From Chiloscyllium plagiosum (taxonomy: Eukaryota), in the NCBI RefSeq assembly GCF_004010195.1, contig NC_057740.1:43331633-43395632 (forward strand): 64,000 nucleotides of DNA, given 5' to 3'. A model generated the notes under the pieces. That model did no database searches, had not been told where the DNA came from, and was given only the letters and a program-made list of their open reading frames with translations. Positions 1-9,335 of the stretch are shown here, one piece after another. The position numbers and the translations under genes are program-made. Each line of letters starts with the position of its first letter. Position 1 is the first letter of the stretch.

Positions 1-813
1 ATCTTCCAAACTATTCTCATCTAGAAGGTCAAGGGCAACAGATACGTAGGAACAACACCTCCTGCAAGTTCCCTTCCAAGCCACTCGCTGTCCTGACTTG
101 GAAATATATTGCTGTTCCTTCATGTTCTATGGTCAAAGTTCTGGAATATCTTCCCTAAGGGCATTGTGGGTCCACCTAGAGCTTCTGGACTGCAGCAGTT
201 TACAGAAGGCAGCTCACCCCCACCTTCTCAAGGGGCAACTAGGGACAGGCAATAAATGCTGGGCCCAGCCAGTGACACCCACATCCTGTGAATGAATAAT
301 AAAAAAAATTAAGAAAAGAAAGAGCATTCCAGACGTGTAAATGGGTAAACACTCTGATCTGAAGATACTTAAGTTATTTCATGTGAAATGATTTCTCAGA
401 GTCATTTCTAGCACTGTTTGTGGTTTTCAAACCACTGAACAGCGTGAGACAAATAGACTTGACATTCAAATATGGCTGTAGTCTCTTTAAATCCAAGTCT
501 CTCTGAGGTTGGGGTCAGGGGAAGGTCAGGTGGGTTGCTGTCAGAACTGGGAGAGGGATTGGGAGTTTGTGGGAGGGGCAGGGTTGCAGAATTGATTTTG
601 GGATTATGAAGTGACATTTGGATGAATTGAATAGAAACAGGAAGACTGCAACTGGCCATTTCTCCATTTCAAATCAATATATTGTCACATGTAGTTTGTT
701 GTAGATCAAATTAGGGAAATTGGCCAGGAAATGGTCTTGGGATTGTGTTGTAATTGCAGGTAGTCAATGAGATACCACACTCGGTAATGGAGTCTCCTGT
801 TAACATTCCACAG

Positions 814-940
814 CCTGTCATATCCTGGAGTGTTGTGAGGGGTTAGCACAGACTGTCATCAGCACAATTGGACAGGCCTTTGAACTGAGGTTCAAACAGT
901 ATTTGCACAGTCCCCCGAAAGTGGTTGCTCCTCTTGACAG
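814..940 (+). CDS. SHC2: SHC2 adaptor, internal coding exon (end of PTB domain); earlier exons lie left of the window
   Basis: cag|CC TGT CAT ATC... reads (A)[41 protein letters not shown](R), donor AG|gtaag. Matches the SHC PTB C-terminus; CCEG and QYLHSPPKV are SHC2-type. Confidence 0.93.
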
Positions 941-1604
941 GTAAGACGACTGAGTCTGTGTGAAACAAAATGGTGTCGTTGTGAGTTCTTCAATCTCTTT
1001 GGGGAAATCAAATAAAATGAACCTCATCACGTTGTAGTTGCTAGGCCTGTCACACTTCCTGCCTTCCCTCCTAAAGGTGCTGACTCTCACTGGGCTATGG
1101 GGTCCCCCTCCCTCTCCTGAAGGGGCTGACTCTCATTTTAACTGGTGTTGCAAATCTTGTCTGCGCACTCTCCAATATCTTAGTGTGATTCCTAAGGTTT
1201 GGTGCCCAGATCCAGACATAATCCTCTAACTGTGGCTGAACGAGTGAGCGTTTTTTACATCACCATCTGGTTCATTCACTCAATGTCCACATTGATAAAG
1301 CTGTGGCTATTGTTTGCTTTATGAACCATTCTGTCAATCTGTATGGCCACCTTCAATAACCTCTGCCCCGAAGTCCCTCTGTTCCTTTCGAATTAAGCTC
1401 TTATGGTTTGCATTATCTCCCCATGATCTTCCTAAGAAATTGAATGACTTCATATTTCTCTGTTTCATCTGCCACTTGTTTGCCCATTCCTCCAGTTGTC
1501 TGTGTCCTTTTTCAAGTCTATCACTAACCTCCTCCTAGTTGACTTGTGCTCCCAGTTTGAGTTAACTGTAAATTAATATACCTTAACAAGAGCAGGAGTC
1601 CTGA

Positions 1605-1895
1605 CACATAGTTATACAGCACGGAAACAGATCCTTCAGTCCAACTCATCCATGCAACCAGACATCCCAATGTGACCTGGTCCCATTTGCCAGCAATTAG
1701 CCCATATTCCCTCTAAATCCTTTGTATTCATATACCCATTCTAGATGCCTTTTAAATGTTGTAATTGTACCCACCTCCACCACTTCCTCTGGTAGCTTAT
1801 TCATATACGCACCACCCTCTGTGTGAAAAAGTTGCCCTTCAGGTCCGTTTTAAATCTTTTCCCTCTCACCTTTAACCTATGCCCTCTAGTTTTGC
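1605..1895 (-). mobile_element. CR1 3' tail fragment in an SHC2 intron (other CR1 remnants at ~2620-3345, 10620-11670, 22400-22720, 30790-31190, 31390-31900, 35640-36615, 53100-53945)
   Basis: Matches the reverse complement of the CR1 tail at 57240-57510. Confidence 0.75.
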
Positions 1896-1967
1896 ACATG
1901 ATCAAAGATTTGACTGACTATCTGCTGCTTTGATTGTAATATGTATTTCTCCGCTGGATGGATGTAG

Positions 1968-2142
1968 GATGAATGGCAGTGAGGAGTCTGCCTGGGGTGA
2001 GGAGGAGGAGGAGGAGATGTCAGAACATAATTACTATAACAGTATTCCAGGAAAACAGCCACCTCTGGGAGGGGTTGTGGACATCAGGAGCAGACAGATG
2101 AACATTCAGGCACAGCCCCCTTGCCCAGCTGGTACTGTGCAG
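1968..2142 (+). CDS. SHC2: SHC2 coding exon (CH1 region with YYN motif)
   Basis: tag|G ATG AAT...: MNGSEESAWGEEEEEEMSEHNYYNSIPGKQPPLGGVVDIR...VQ, donor |gtcagt. EESAWG...EHNYYNSIPGK.PPLGG matches SHC2; phase fits the previous exon. Confidence 0.92.
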
Positions 2143-3100
2143 GTCAGTGTCCTCTCCTGATCATCTACTTTGCAGAGCGTAAGATGTAGCAGCAGGGGTT
2201 GACCATTCAGCCCACTAAGTCTGCAGTGCCATTGAATGAGATCTTAGTTGATTTTGATAATCCTGAACTCGTTTCCTGCCTTTTTCCTCATAACCTTTGA
2301 TTCCCTTCCTGATTTAAAAAAAGGTCTGTCTCCATTTTGCATGTGACAGACTTCATGTCCAAAGTTACATCATTCTCGTTTTGTATCATCATGTTTCCTT
2401 CTCTGTTGAGTTAGTACAGACTGCTCACGAGGTTCTGACAGTTAGAGAGTTGGCCTGGAGAGATATTACAACCAGCATCGTCCGTCTCTCACCTAATCCC
2501 TGGAGGTTGTCCTGTCGTAACTGGCTGGTTTAGCAATTCTTCCAAGGGTTGATGCAAGTAAATTTGAAATGCAAATGACATTCAAAACAACTTCAGTTTC
2601 TGGAATCTTCTACATAACAACTAGGATCAGGAGCAGACAATTCAGTCCCTCGAGCCTGCTCTGCCATTTAATACGATCATGGCTGATCTCATAGTTCACT
2701 TTCCTGCCCGCTCCCTGTAACCCTTCAACCTGTTCATCATTAAAATCCTGTCAATCTCCTCCTCAAATTTATTCAAATGTCCCAGTGTCCATAGTACTTT
2801 GGGTTAGGGAACTGCAGAGATTCACACGCCTTTGAGGAAAGTAATTCCTCCTCCATTTCTGTTTTAAATCTTGCACCTTATCCTAAAACCATGATCCCTT
2901 CTTCTAGATTGCGGGAAACAGCCGCGCTTTTTCTACACTGTCAATCCCTTCAGCATCTTTTATACCTCAATTAGATCTCCCCTCATTCCTCTAAATTATA
3001 GTGAGTATAAGCCTAAACCACTCAATTTGTCTTCATAAAATAAGCCTTTTGTCTCAGGAATTAATCGAATGAACCATCTCTCAATTGCCTCCAATACAAT

Positions 3101-3191
3101 CTCCTGTTCCCTGGATGCTGCCTGACCTGCTGTGCTGTTCCAGCAATAAAGTTTCAACTTTGATCTCCAGCATCTGCAGACCTCACTTTCT
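3101..3191 (+). mobile_element. Single-arm fragment of PLE family A
   Basis: ctcctgttccctggatgctgcctgacctgc...cactttct, flanked by TSD CCTCCAATACAAT (3088-3100, 3192-3204). Confidence 0.75.
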
Positions 3192-3595
3192 CCTCCAATA
3201 CAATTAAATCCATCCTCAAGTTGGAGGACCCAAACTGTACACAGTACTCCAGATGAAGTCTCACCAATGCCTTGTATAGTTGCAAAACACTTTACTTTTA
3301 TACTATATTTCTTTAGCAATAAATGCCAAATTTCTATTTGCCTTCCCTAGTACCCGGCCTCAAGGACAACTGCGGACAGCAACGTGTCAGTCTTGTTCAC
3401 GATGCCCACGTACTGTATAAAAAATGTAAAAGCTGAGCTGATCATTGTCTTGATGCAGGGACACATTTCCAGTCTGAATTCCTGCAGTCACCTATAGACA
3501 CAGACATCAGTCTGTTCTGAATCTGTCAAATGTTCCTGCACTGGGCATCATTGCCAACTCCACCACTGTCCCTAATTGAGATATCTTTATTACAG

Positions 3596-3668
3596 CTCAG
3601 TGAGACGGATAAGCATGGTGAAGACAACATGGTTGGTCACTGTCAAGATCTGGGACAATCCGTGGCAG
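3596..3668 (+). CDS. SHC2: SHC2 small CH1 exon (73 nt)
   Basis: tttattacag|CTC AGT GAG...GTG GCA G|gtatgt gives LSETDKHGEDNMVGHCQDLGQSVA. It is needed to bridge phase 0 (2142) to phase 1 (4226). Low sequence conservation. Confidence 0.72.
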
Positions 3669-4225
3669 GTATGTCAGTCATGATCCACTTCTCCTGGTAG
3701 CCTAAATGAAGACACATGCACAGGCTTGAGTGATGTTTCAGAGGGAGTGGATCTCATGTTGTCACTCATTTCCCATTCACAGAGACAGTCCAGCCCCTCC
3801 CTCACTCTCCCACTGAGGCCAAACACAGTCTGGCGAAACACTTCAACCAAGAAGCCATTTCTTCTGTTGGAGAATTCACTTAGTAACGCATGTTGGGAGT
3901 GATTCCTATTTTGTTGGCAGGGTGCGACAGACAGATTTTTTTTTTAAACCCCCTCACCCCAATCCTAGGTGCAAAGTGAGAGTTGATTCTGGGATACTGT
4001 GAGGGAAGCACAGAGCCACATCATGTTACGCATTTATCCCTGAGACAGCGACTCTGATCAAGAAAGGGATTTTGAACAATGTCTTTGACATTCATGGTGA
4101 TCATAACCTTAATCAATAGCAACCTCCCATTGTGCCAACACAGAAGCTGAGCAACTGAGACCTGTACACAGTGTATAGCTGCTGCACGGGGCCCTGACTG
4201 CAATCCTTGGAATTGTACATTGCAG

Positions 4226-4402
4226 GTGTGCTGAGTGATGGCTATCTCCGGCCATATGGAAGATCCACTTGTGAGGAGCATATGTACGTTAACACACAGG
4301 CTCTCGATCAGCAGGACTGGACCAGCAGAGAGAGAAGCATAACCGTGAATGGAGCAGTGGCAGACAGGATGGAGAGTCCTGAGAAAGACTTGTTTGATAT
4401 GA
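4226..4402 (+). CDS. SHC2: SHC2 coding exon (CH1, YVN Grb2-binding motif)
   Basis: ttgcag|GT GTG...: VLSDGYLRPYGRSTCEEHMYVNTQALD...ESPEKDLFDM, donor A|gtaagt. EEH.YVNTQ and SP.KDLFDM are conserved SHC motifs. Confidence 0.92.
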
Positions 4403-4739
4403 GTAAGTGTTCTCCATCACCGTCCAACACTGGAAGAAGGTACAGGGACTGAATGGGTTCCTTTAGGCACCTGAAATCTGTTAGCACTAACGACCAGGAT
4501 CAGAATATGAGGCTATTTTACCAAAAATCCAAAAAGGAACGGTTACTCCGAGATTGGGTTCGATCTGCTTCCTATTTCAAAGCCCTGGCAAACTGTTTCC
4601 CTTTCTCTCCTCCCTCCAGCGTGCACAAAACTCTCTTTCCAGCTGTTTGGAATTATTTTTCAAGTCAATGTTTGCCCTGCAATATGGAGGGGAGTGCTGC
4701 ACTGTTCCATGTTTGGAGCTGGTGAGGGTGCTGCATGTC

Positions 4740-4915
4740 TCAGGGTCAGCACTGGGTGTGGGGATGTATCATTGCAGGAGCAGGATTCGGGTGTATCACT
4801 GCAGGGTCAGGGCTGAGGGTATTGGGGTGTACCACTGCAGAGTCAGGGCAGGGGATGTGGGGGTGTACCACTGCAGGGTCAGGGCAGGGGATGTTTGGGT
4901 GTACCACTGCAGCGT
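4740..4915. repeat. ~33-bp intronic minisatellite in SHC2
   Basis: Repeated GGGTGTACCACTGCAGGGTCAGGGCAGGGGATGT. Confidence 0.8.
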
Positions 4916-4970
4916 CGGGGGTGGGGGGTGCATTTTTAGACAGTCAGTGCTGTGTCTCTTTCTGCTGAAG

Positions 4971-5257
4971 GACCATTTGACGACGCCTTAAAGCTGCACG
5001 ATGTCAAATCCAGCAAATGTAAAGGAACAAGAATGTCGTGCTTAAACTCCAGCTCAGCCAGAGCCATGGAGGAGGAACAGTTAAAGCGGGAGTCCTGGTA
5101 TCATGGGAAGATTAGTCGGAAAGTGGCCGAGAAGCTCCTGGTGTTGGATGGAGACTTCCTGGTTCGGGAGAGCATGACGAACCGTGGACAGTACGTTCTG
5201 ACTGGAATGCACAATGGCCAGGCCAAGCACCTTCTCTTGGTGGACCCAGAAGGAGTG
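4971..5257 (+). CDS. SHC2: SHC2 coding exon (start of SH2 domain)
   Basis: ctgaag|GA CCA TTT GAC...: RPFDDALKLH...EEQLKRESWYHGKISRKVAEKLLVLDGDFLVRESMTNRGQYVLTGMHNGQAKHLLLVDPEGV|gtgagc; contains the SH2 FLVRES motif. Confidence 0.95.
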
Positions 5258-5621
5258 GTGAGCTAGCATGAGGGCTCTGGGACCAGCGGGTAGCTGTGGG
5301 TTCACAATGGTTCCTCTTCCTAGTGCCTGTGCATTGTCTGCTGCTATAATGTTCCTGAGGGTGGGGGCTGGGAGGGCTTTAGGCAATTATGCCTCTGTGG
5401 TCGAACATCTCCTTTTGTTCATCTCCAGATGCAGCCAGAAAGAAGAGCTTCCCATTCAGGGTGCCTCTTGTTCCCCCATATCAGCCCCACCCTCTTGATG
5501 CGCCACCCTGCTCCCTCCCCAATGCCCCCCCCCCCCCCGCCTCCCCACCCTACACCGTCCCCATTGCATGCCCCCTAGCCCCACCTTCTACATTGTGGTT
5601 CTGACTCTTGCTTCCTTCCAG

Positions 5622-5753
5622 GTGCGGACCAAGGATTTACTCTTTGAAAACATCACACACCTCATCAATTACCACCTTGAGAGTGAAGTACCTATTGTAG
5701 CAGCAGAGAGTGAGGTTTGTCTGAAACAGATGGTCGCCAAGAGGAAGCCCTGA
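5622..5753 (+). CDS. SHC2: SHC2 last coding exon (SH2 C-terminus, stop)
   Basis: cttccttccag|GTG CGG ACC AAG: [50 protein letters not shown] is SHC2-like. Confidence 0.94.
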   Translation: MRTKDLLFENITHLINYHLESEVPIVAAESEVCLKQMVAKRKP

Positions 5754-6190
5754 GCTGCTGTAAGTGTCACTAATGCTTGGGTAGAAAGCCAATTGGGAAG
5801 GATGGGCCTTTCACATCCACTGGAACGGTGCACATGCAGCACCCTCGGAATGCATAGCAAGATCCCATACACAGCCACTTGCTGAGAATGGCTGAATAAC
5901 ATATTTTTGTGATGTTTTTTTAAGGGATAAATATTGTTCAGAACAGCAGGTATGAGTCCTTTTGCAAAATACTGACCATGTGATTTTTGTTTTATATCCA
6001 CCAGAGGGCAAACAGGACCTCTGTTTACTGTCTTAGTCACAAGACACACCTCTGGCAATGTCGTACTCCCTCAGTACCGCACTGGAGTGTCTGCCTGCAT
6101 TATCAGCTTTTCCTTTCCTCCTGAGACAACCCACCCATTCCAGACATTAATCTGATTAAACCTTCTCTAAATGCCTCCAATGCATTTATA

Positions 6191-6402
6191 GGAGAAAGTG
6201 AGGTCTGCAGATGCTGGAGATCAGAGCTGGAAATGTGATGCTGGAAAAGCGCAGCAGGTCAGGCAGCATCCAGGGAACAGGAGAATCGACGTTTCGGGCA
6301 TAAGCCCTTCTTCAGGAAGAAGGGCTTATGCCCGAAACGTCGATTCTCCTGTTCCCTGGATGCTGCCTGACCTGCTGCGCTTTTCCAGCAACACATTTCC
6401 AG
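6191..6402. mobile_element. Palindromic (fold-back) Penelope-like terminal element, family A
   Basis: Arms are reverse complements around ...cccttcttcAGgaagaaggg...; 16-bp TSD CTCCAATGCATTTATA at 6175-6190 and 6403-6418. Inserted in a CR1 remnant. Confidence 0.85.
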
Positions 6403-7689
6403 CTCCAATGCATTTATATCCTTCCTTAAATAAGGTGACCAATACTCCACACAGTACTGTGGACACACCAGTGCTCTGTGTGAGTAATATAACCTCCCTA
6501 CTTCTGTACTCAATAAATGATACCATTCTGTTAGCTTTCCTAATTATTTGCTGTAGCTGCACGTTAACTTTTTGCAATTCATGCACCAGGATACCCAGAT
6601 AGCTATGATGTTGCTGTTGTTCACGATGGCAGTCCTCCATGTGTAGCTGATTAGGTGGATGTAGATCTTGGCTTGAGTTTAGAATGTTTTCTCTTTGCAA
6701 CGTTTTGTTTAGTGCTCATTTTCTTCTTCTGAGGGCAGTGGGGTGAGACTCTGGCTTGGCTTACAGGCTTTCGAAGGTCTGAATCCAAATTGTGTGCTCA
6801 CCTCAGTTTTGTGATAAACGGCTACTAAGAACTAACCCAAGAGTTGTTGCTGGGCAGTTTTTGTTTCCAACACAAAGACACCTGGTGCCAGTTTGTCTCC
6901 AAAAGTATGAAACCCATTTCTCAAAAAAGATCACTTTGTGTAACCAATTGGTGACTGCACAGTTCCACTTTGAGTTGTATACAAAACTTGTTCATTCTCT
7001 GAAACACAGCAGTTCAAATTTCCGTTTTCTAGTTTATGTGTTGAATAAAATCGATGTTGGCCTTCCAGTCTAACCAATCGGGTTATCTGGATTTGAACAT
7101 CACAGACTAACGTAACTCAGTACCAGGTGTCACCTTCTGCTTTTCCTTTAAATTCTGTAAACTATTGGCAGTTTCAAGAATGTTATTGAAAAGTCTTTTT
7201 ATATTTACATGAAAGGCATATTCCTAAAACAAAACAAAACAATGCAAATACTGAAGATGTGAAACAAACAAATTGCTGGAGAAAGTCAGGAGGTCCGACT
7301 CATCTTCTGAAGAAGGGTCACTGGATTTGAAACATTAACTGTTTGTCTTCTCTCCACAGATGCAGCCAGACCTGCTAAGTTTTGCCAGCAATTTCTATTT
7401 TTGTGGATTTGAGTTCTATAGTGGATTTGATCTCTGAACATTTGAGATTTTTCATTTGCTCCTGATCCCGTTGCAAATGTGTCTTATTTAATTCATTCCC
7501 ACTGTTTCCTCAATCTTGACTTCTACTTTCCTTTCCAACATTTTACTCTCCCACACACTTCCCAAACCATATCCTTCCGAGTCTTCTATCAACCACTCAC
7601 TTGCGTGAATTCCTACCGCTTTTAAAGTCTGAATCTTTGCTTCTGCATTCCATATCTGATTTGTTTTTCATATTCTGAGTTCACAGTAT

Positions 7690-7996
7690 TAATTGCTCTT
7701 TTCACAACCAAGTTCATCAATTTTTGATTTAAGACTGACCTTTTAAAGAACATATTTCTACAAGTTTATCATTTAGATGTTTTACATCCTGTGTCTGATG
7801 TTCAACTGTTATCACCAGCTCACGATTTATTTCTTTAGTAAAGTCGCCTTTTGCACTTGGAAGTTGATTCTCCACATTAATTAACTGCTCATTCTCAGCA
7901 ACAAGCCTGTATTTGGCCACAGCAGTAATTGTGGGGAGTTTAGCAACATCAGAATCAAGCAAATGCTGTAACACAGTCATCGCCATGTTACTGGCC
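7690..7996 (-). pseudogene. Decayed intronless TPR (nucleoprotein TPR) N-terminus-like coding relic
   Basis: MAMTVLQHLLDSDVAKLP resembles TPR MAAVLQQVLERTELNKLP. RELVITVEHQTQDVKHLNDKLVEICSLKG-(frameshift)-SLKSKIDEL resembles [38 protein letters not shown]. An internal deletion, a frameshift and downstream stops are present. Confidence 0.55.
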
Positions 7997-8204
7997 TATA
8001 CAGGTCAAATAGTTACCAAATAGAAAATCAACTCCTTCACCAGTTAATGAGGGACAATTGCCACAGCAACATCTCTGCTCACTAACTCACTTTCTAAGTG
8101 CCCCAGTATCCCTCGAAATATTAAATTAATACTTGTTTTCTTTGAGGAGTAATGAAATACATCCCCCTTGGAAACAAAGCCTCTGTAACCTCCACTACCC
8201 TGAC

Positions 8205-9335
8205 TCAGAGTCATGCAGCACAGAAACAGACCTTTCGGTCCAACCAGTCCATGCCGATTATAATCCCAAACTAAACTCGTCCCACCTCGTCCTGCACTTG
8301 GCCCATATCCCTCCAAACATTTCCTATTCATGTACTTGTCCAAACGTCTTTTAAACATTGTAACAGTACGCATCCACCGTTTCCTCTGGAGGTTTACTCC
8401 ACAAACGTTGTATATAAAAGAAAATTGCCCCTCATGTCTTTTTAAAATCTTTCTCCTTTCACCTAAAAAATATGACCCCTAGTTTTAAACTTCCCCACCT
8501 TAGGGAAGAGACATTTGCTATTTATCTTATCTATGCCCCTCATGATTTTATAAACCATTGTAAGGTGACCCCTCAATCTCCTATGCTCCAATGAAAAAGG
8601 TCGCAGCATATAACTCAAACCCTCCATTTCTAGCGACATCCTGGTAAACCTTCTCCAATTTAATAATATTCTTCCTATAGTAGGGTCACCAGAACTGCGC
8701 ACACAAATCCAGAACAGGCCTCACCAAAGTCCTGTACAATCTCAATATGATGTCCCAACTTTTATACTCAAAGGTCTGAGCAATGATGGCAAGTGTGCTA
8801 AACGTCGCCTTAACCACCCTGTCTACCTGTTACACAATTCTTTGAAATTTATGTATCTGAATCCCCAGATGTCTCTGTTCTACAACATTACCAAAGGCCC
8901 TACCAATCGTTGTATAAGTCTGTCCTTTGTTTGTTTTACCAAAATGCAATACATTGCATTTATCCAAATTTAACTCCATCTGCCACTGCCCATTGACCCA
9001 ATTGATCAAGATCTCTTTGTATTCTGAGATAACCTTCTTCACTGTCCACTGAATTACCAATTTTGGTGTTATCTGTAAACTTTATAATCAAGTCTCGTGT
9101 ATTCTCATCAAATTGTTTATATAAATGACAAACGAAAGCCGACCCAGTCCTGATTGCTGTGGAACACCACTGGTCACAGGCATCCAGTGTGAAAAACAGC
9201 TCTCCACCACCACCCTTTATCTCCTACTGTAAAGCCAACTTTTTAACCCAATAGTGAGCTCACCCTGAATCCCATGTGATCTAACTTTACCAATTAGTCT
9301 ACCATGCGGAACCTTATCAAAGGCTTTACTAAAGA
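8205..9335 (-). mobile_element. CR1-type LINE, 3' RT portion and tail
   Basis: WQMELNLDKCNVLHFGKTNKG; RRLRGHLTMVYKIMRGIDK; TRGH; shared 3' tail gggccaagtgcagg...gttggaccgaaaggtctgtttctgtgctg. Confidence 0.85.

Noticed and set aside
4554-4991. 145-aa ORF with repeated GVYHCRVRAG, resembling an Ig-domain F strand (tempting as MADCAM1)
   Set aside because: It is the translation of a 33-bp intronic minisatellite inside SHC2, with no other Ig strands.
6198-6602. Recurrent ORFs MRSADAGDQ.../MLPDLLRFSSNTF... at several loci
   Set aside because: They are chance frames in the palindromic PLE terminal repeat, not a gene family.
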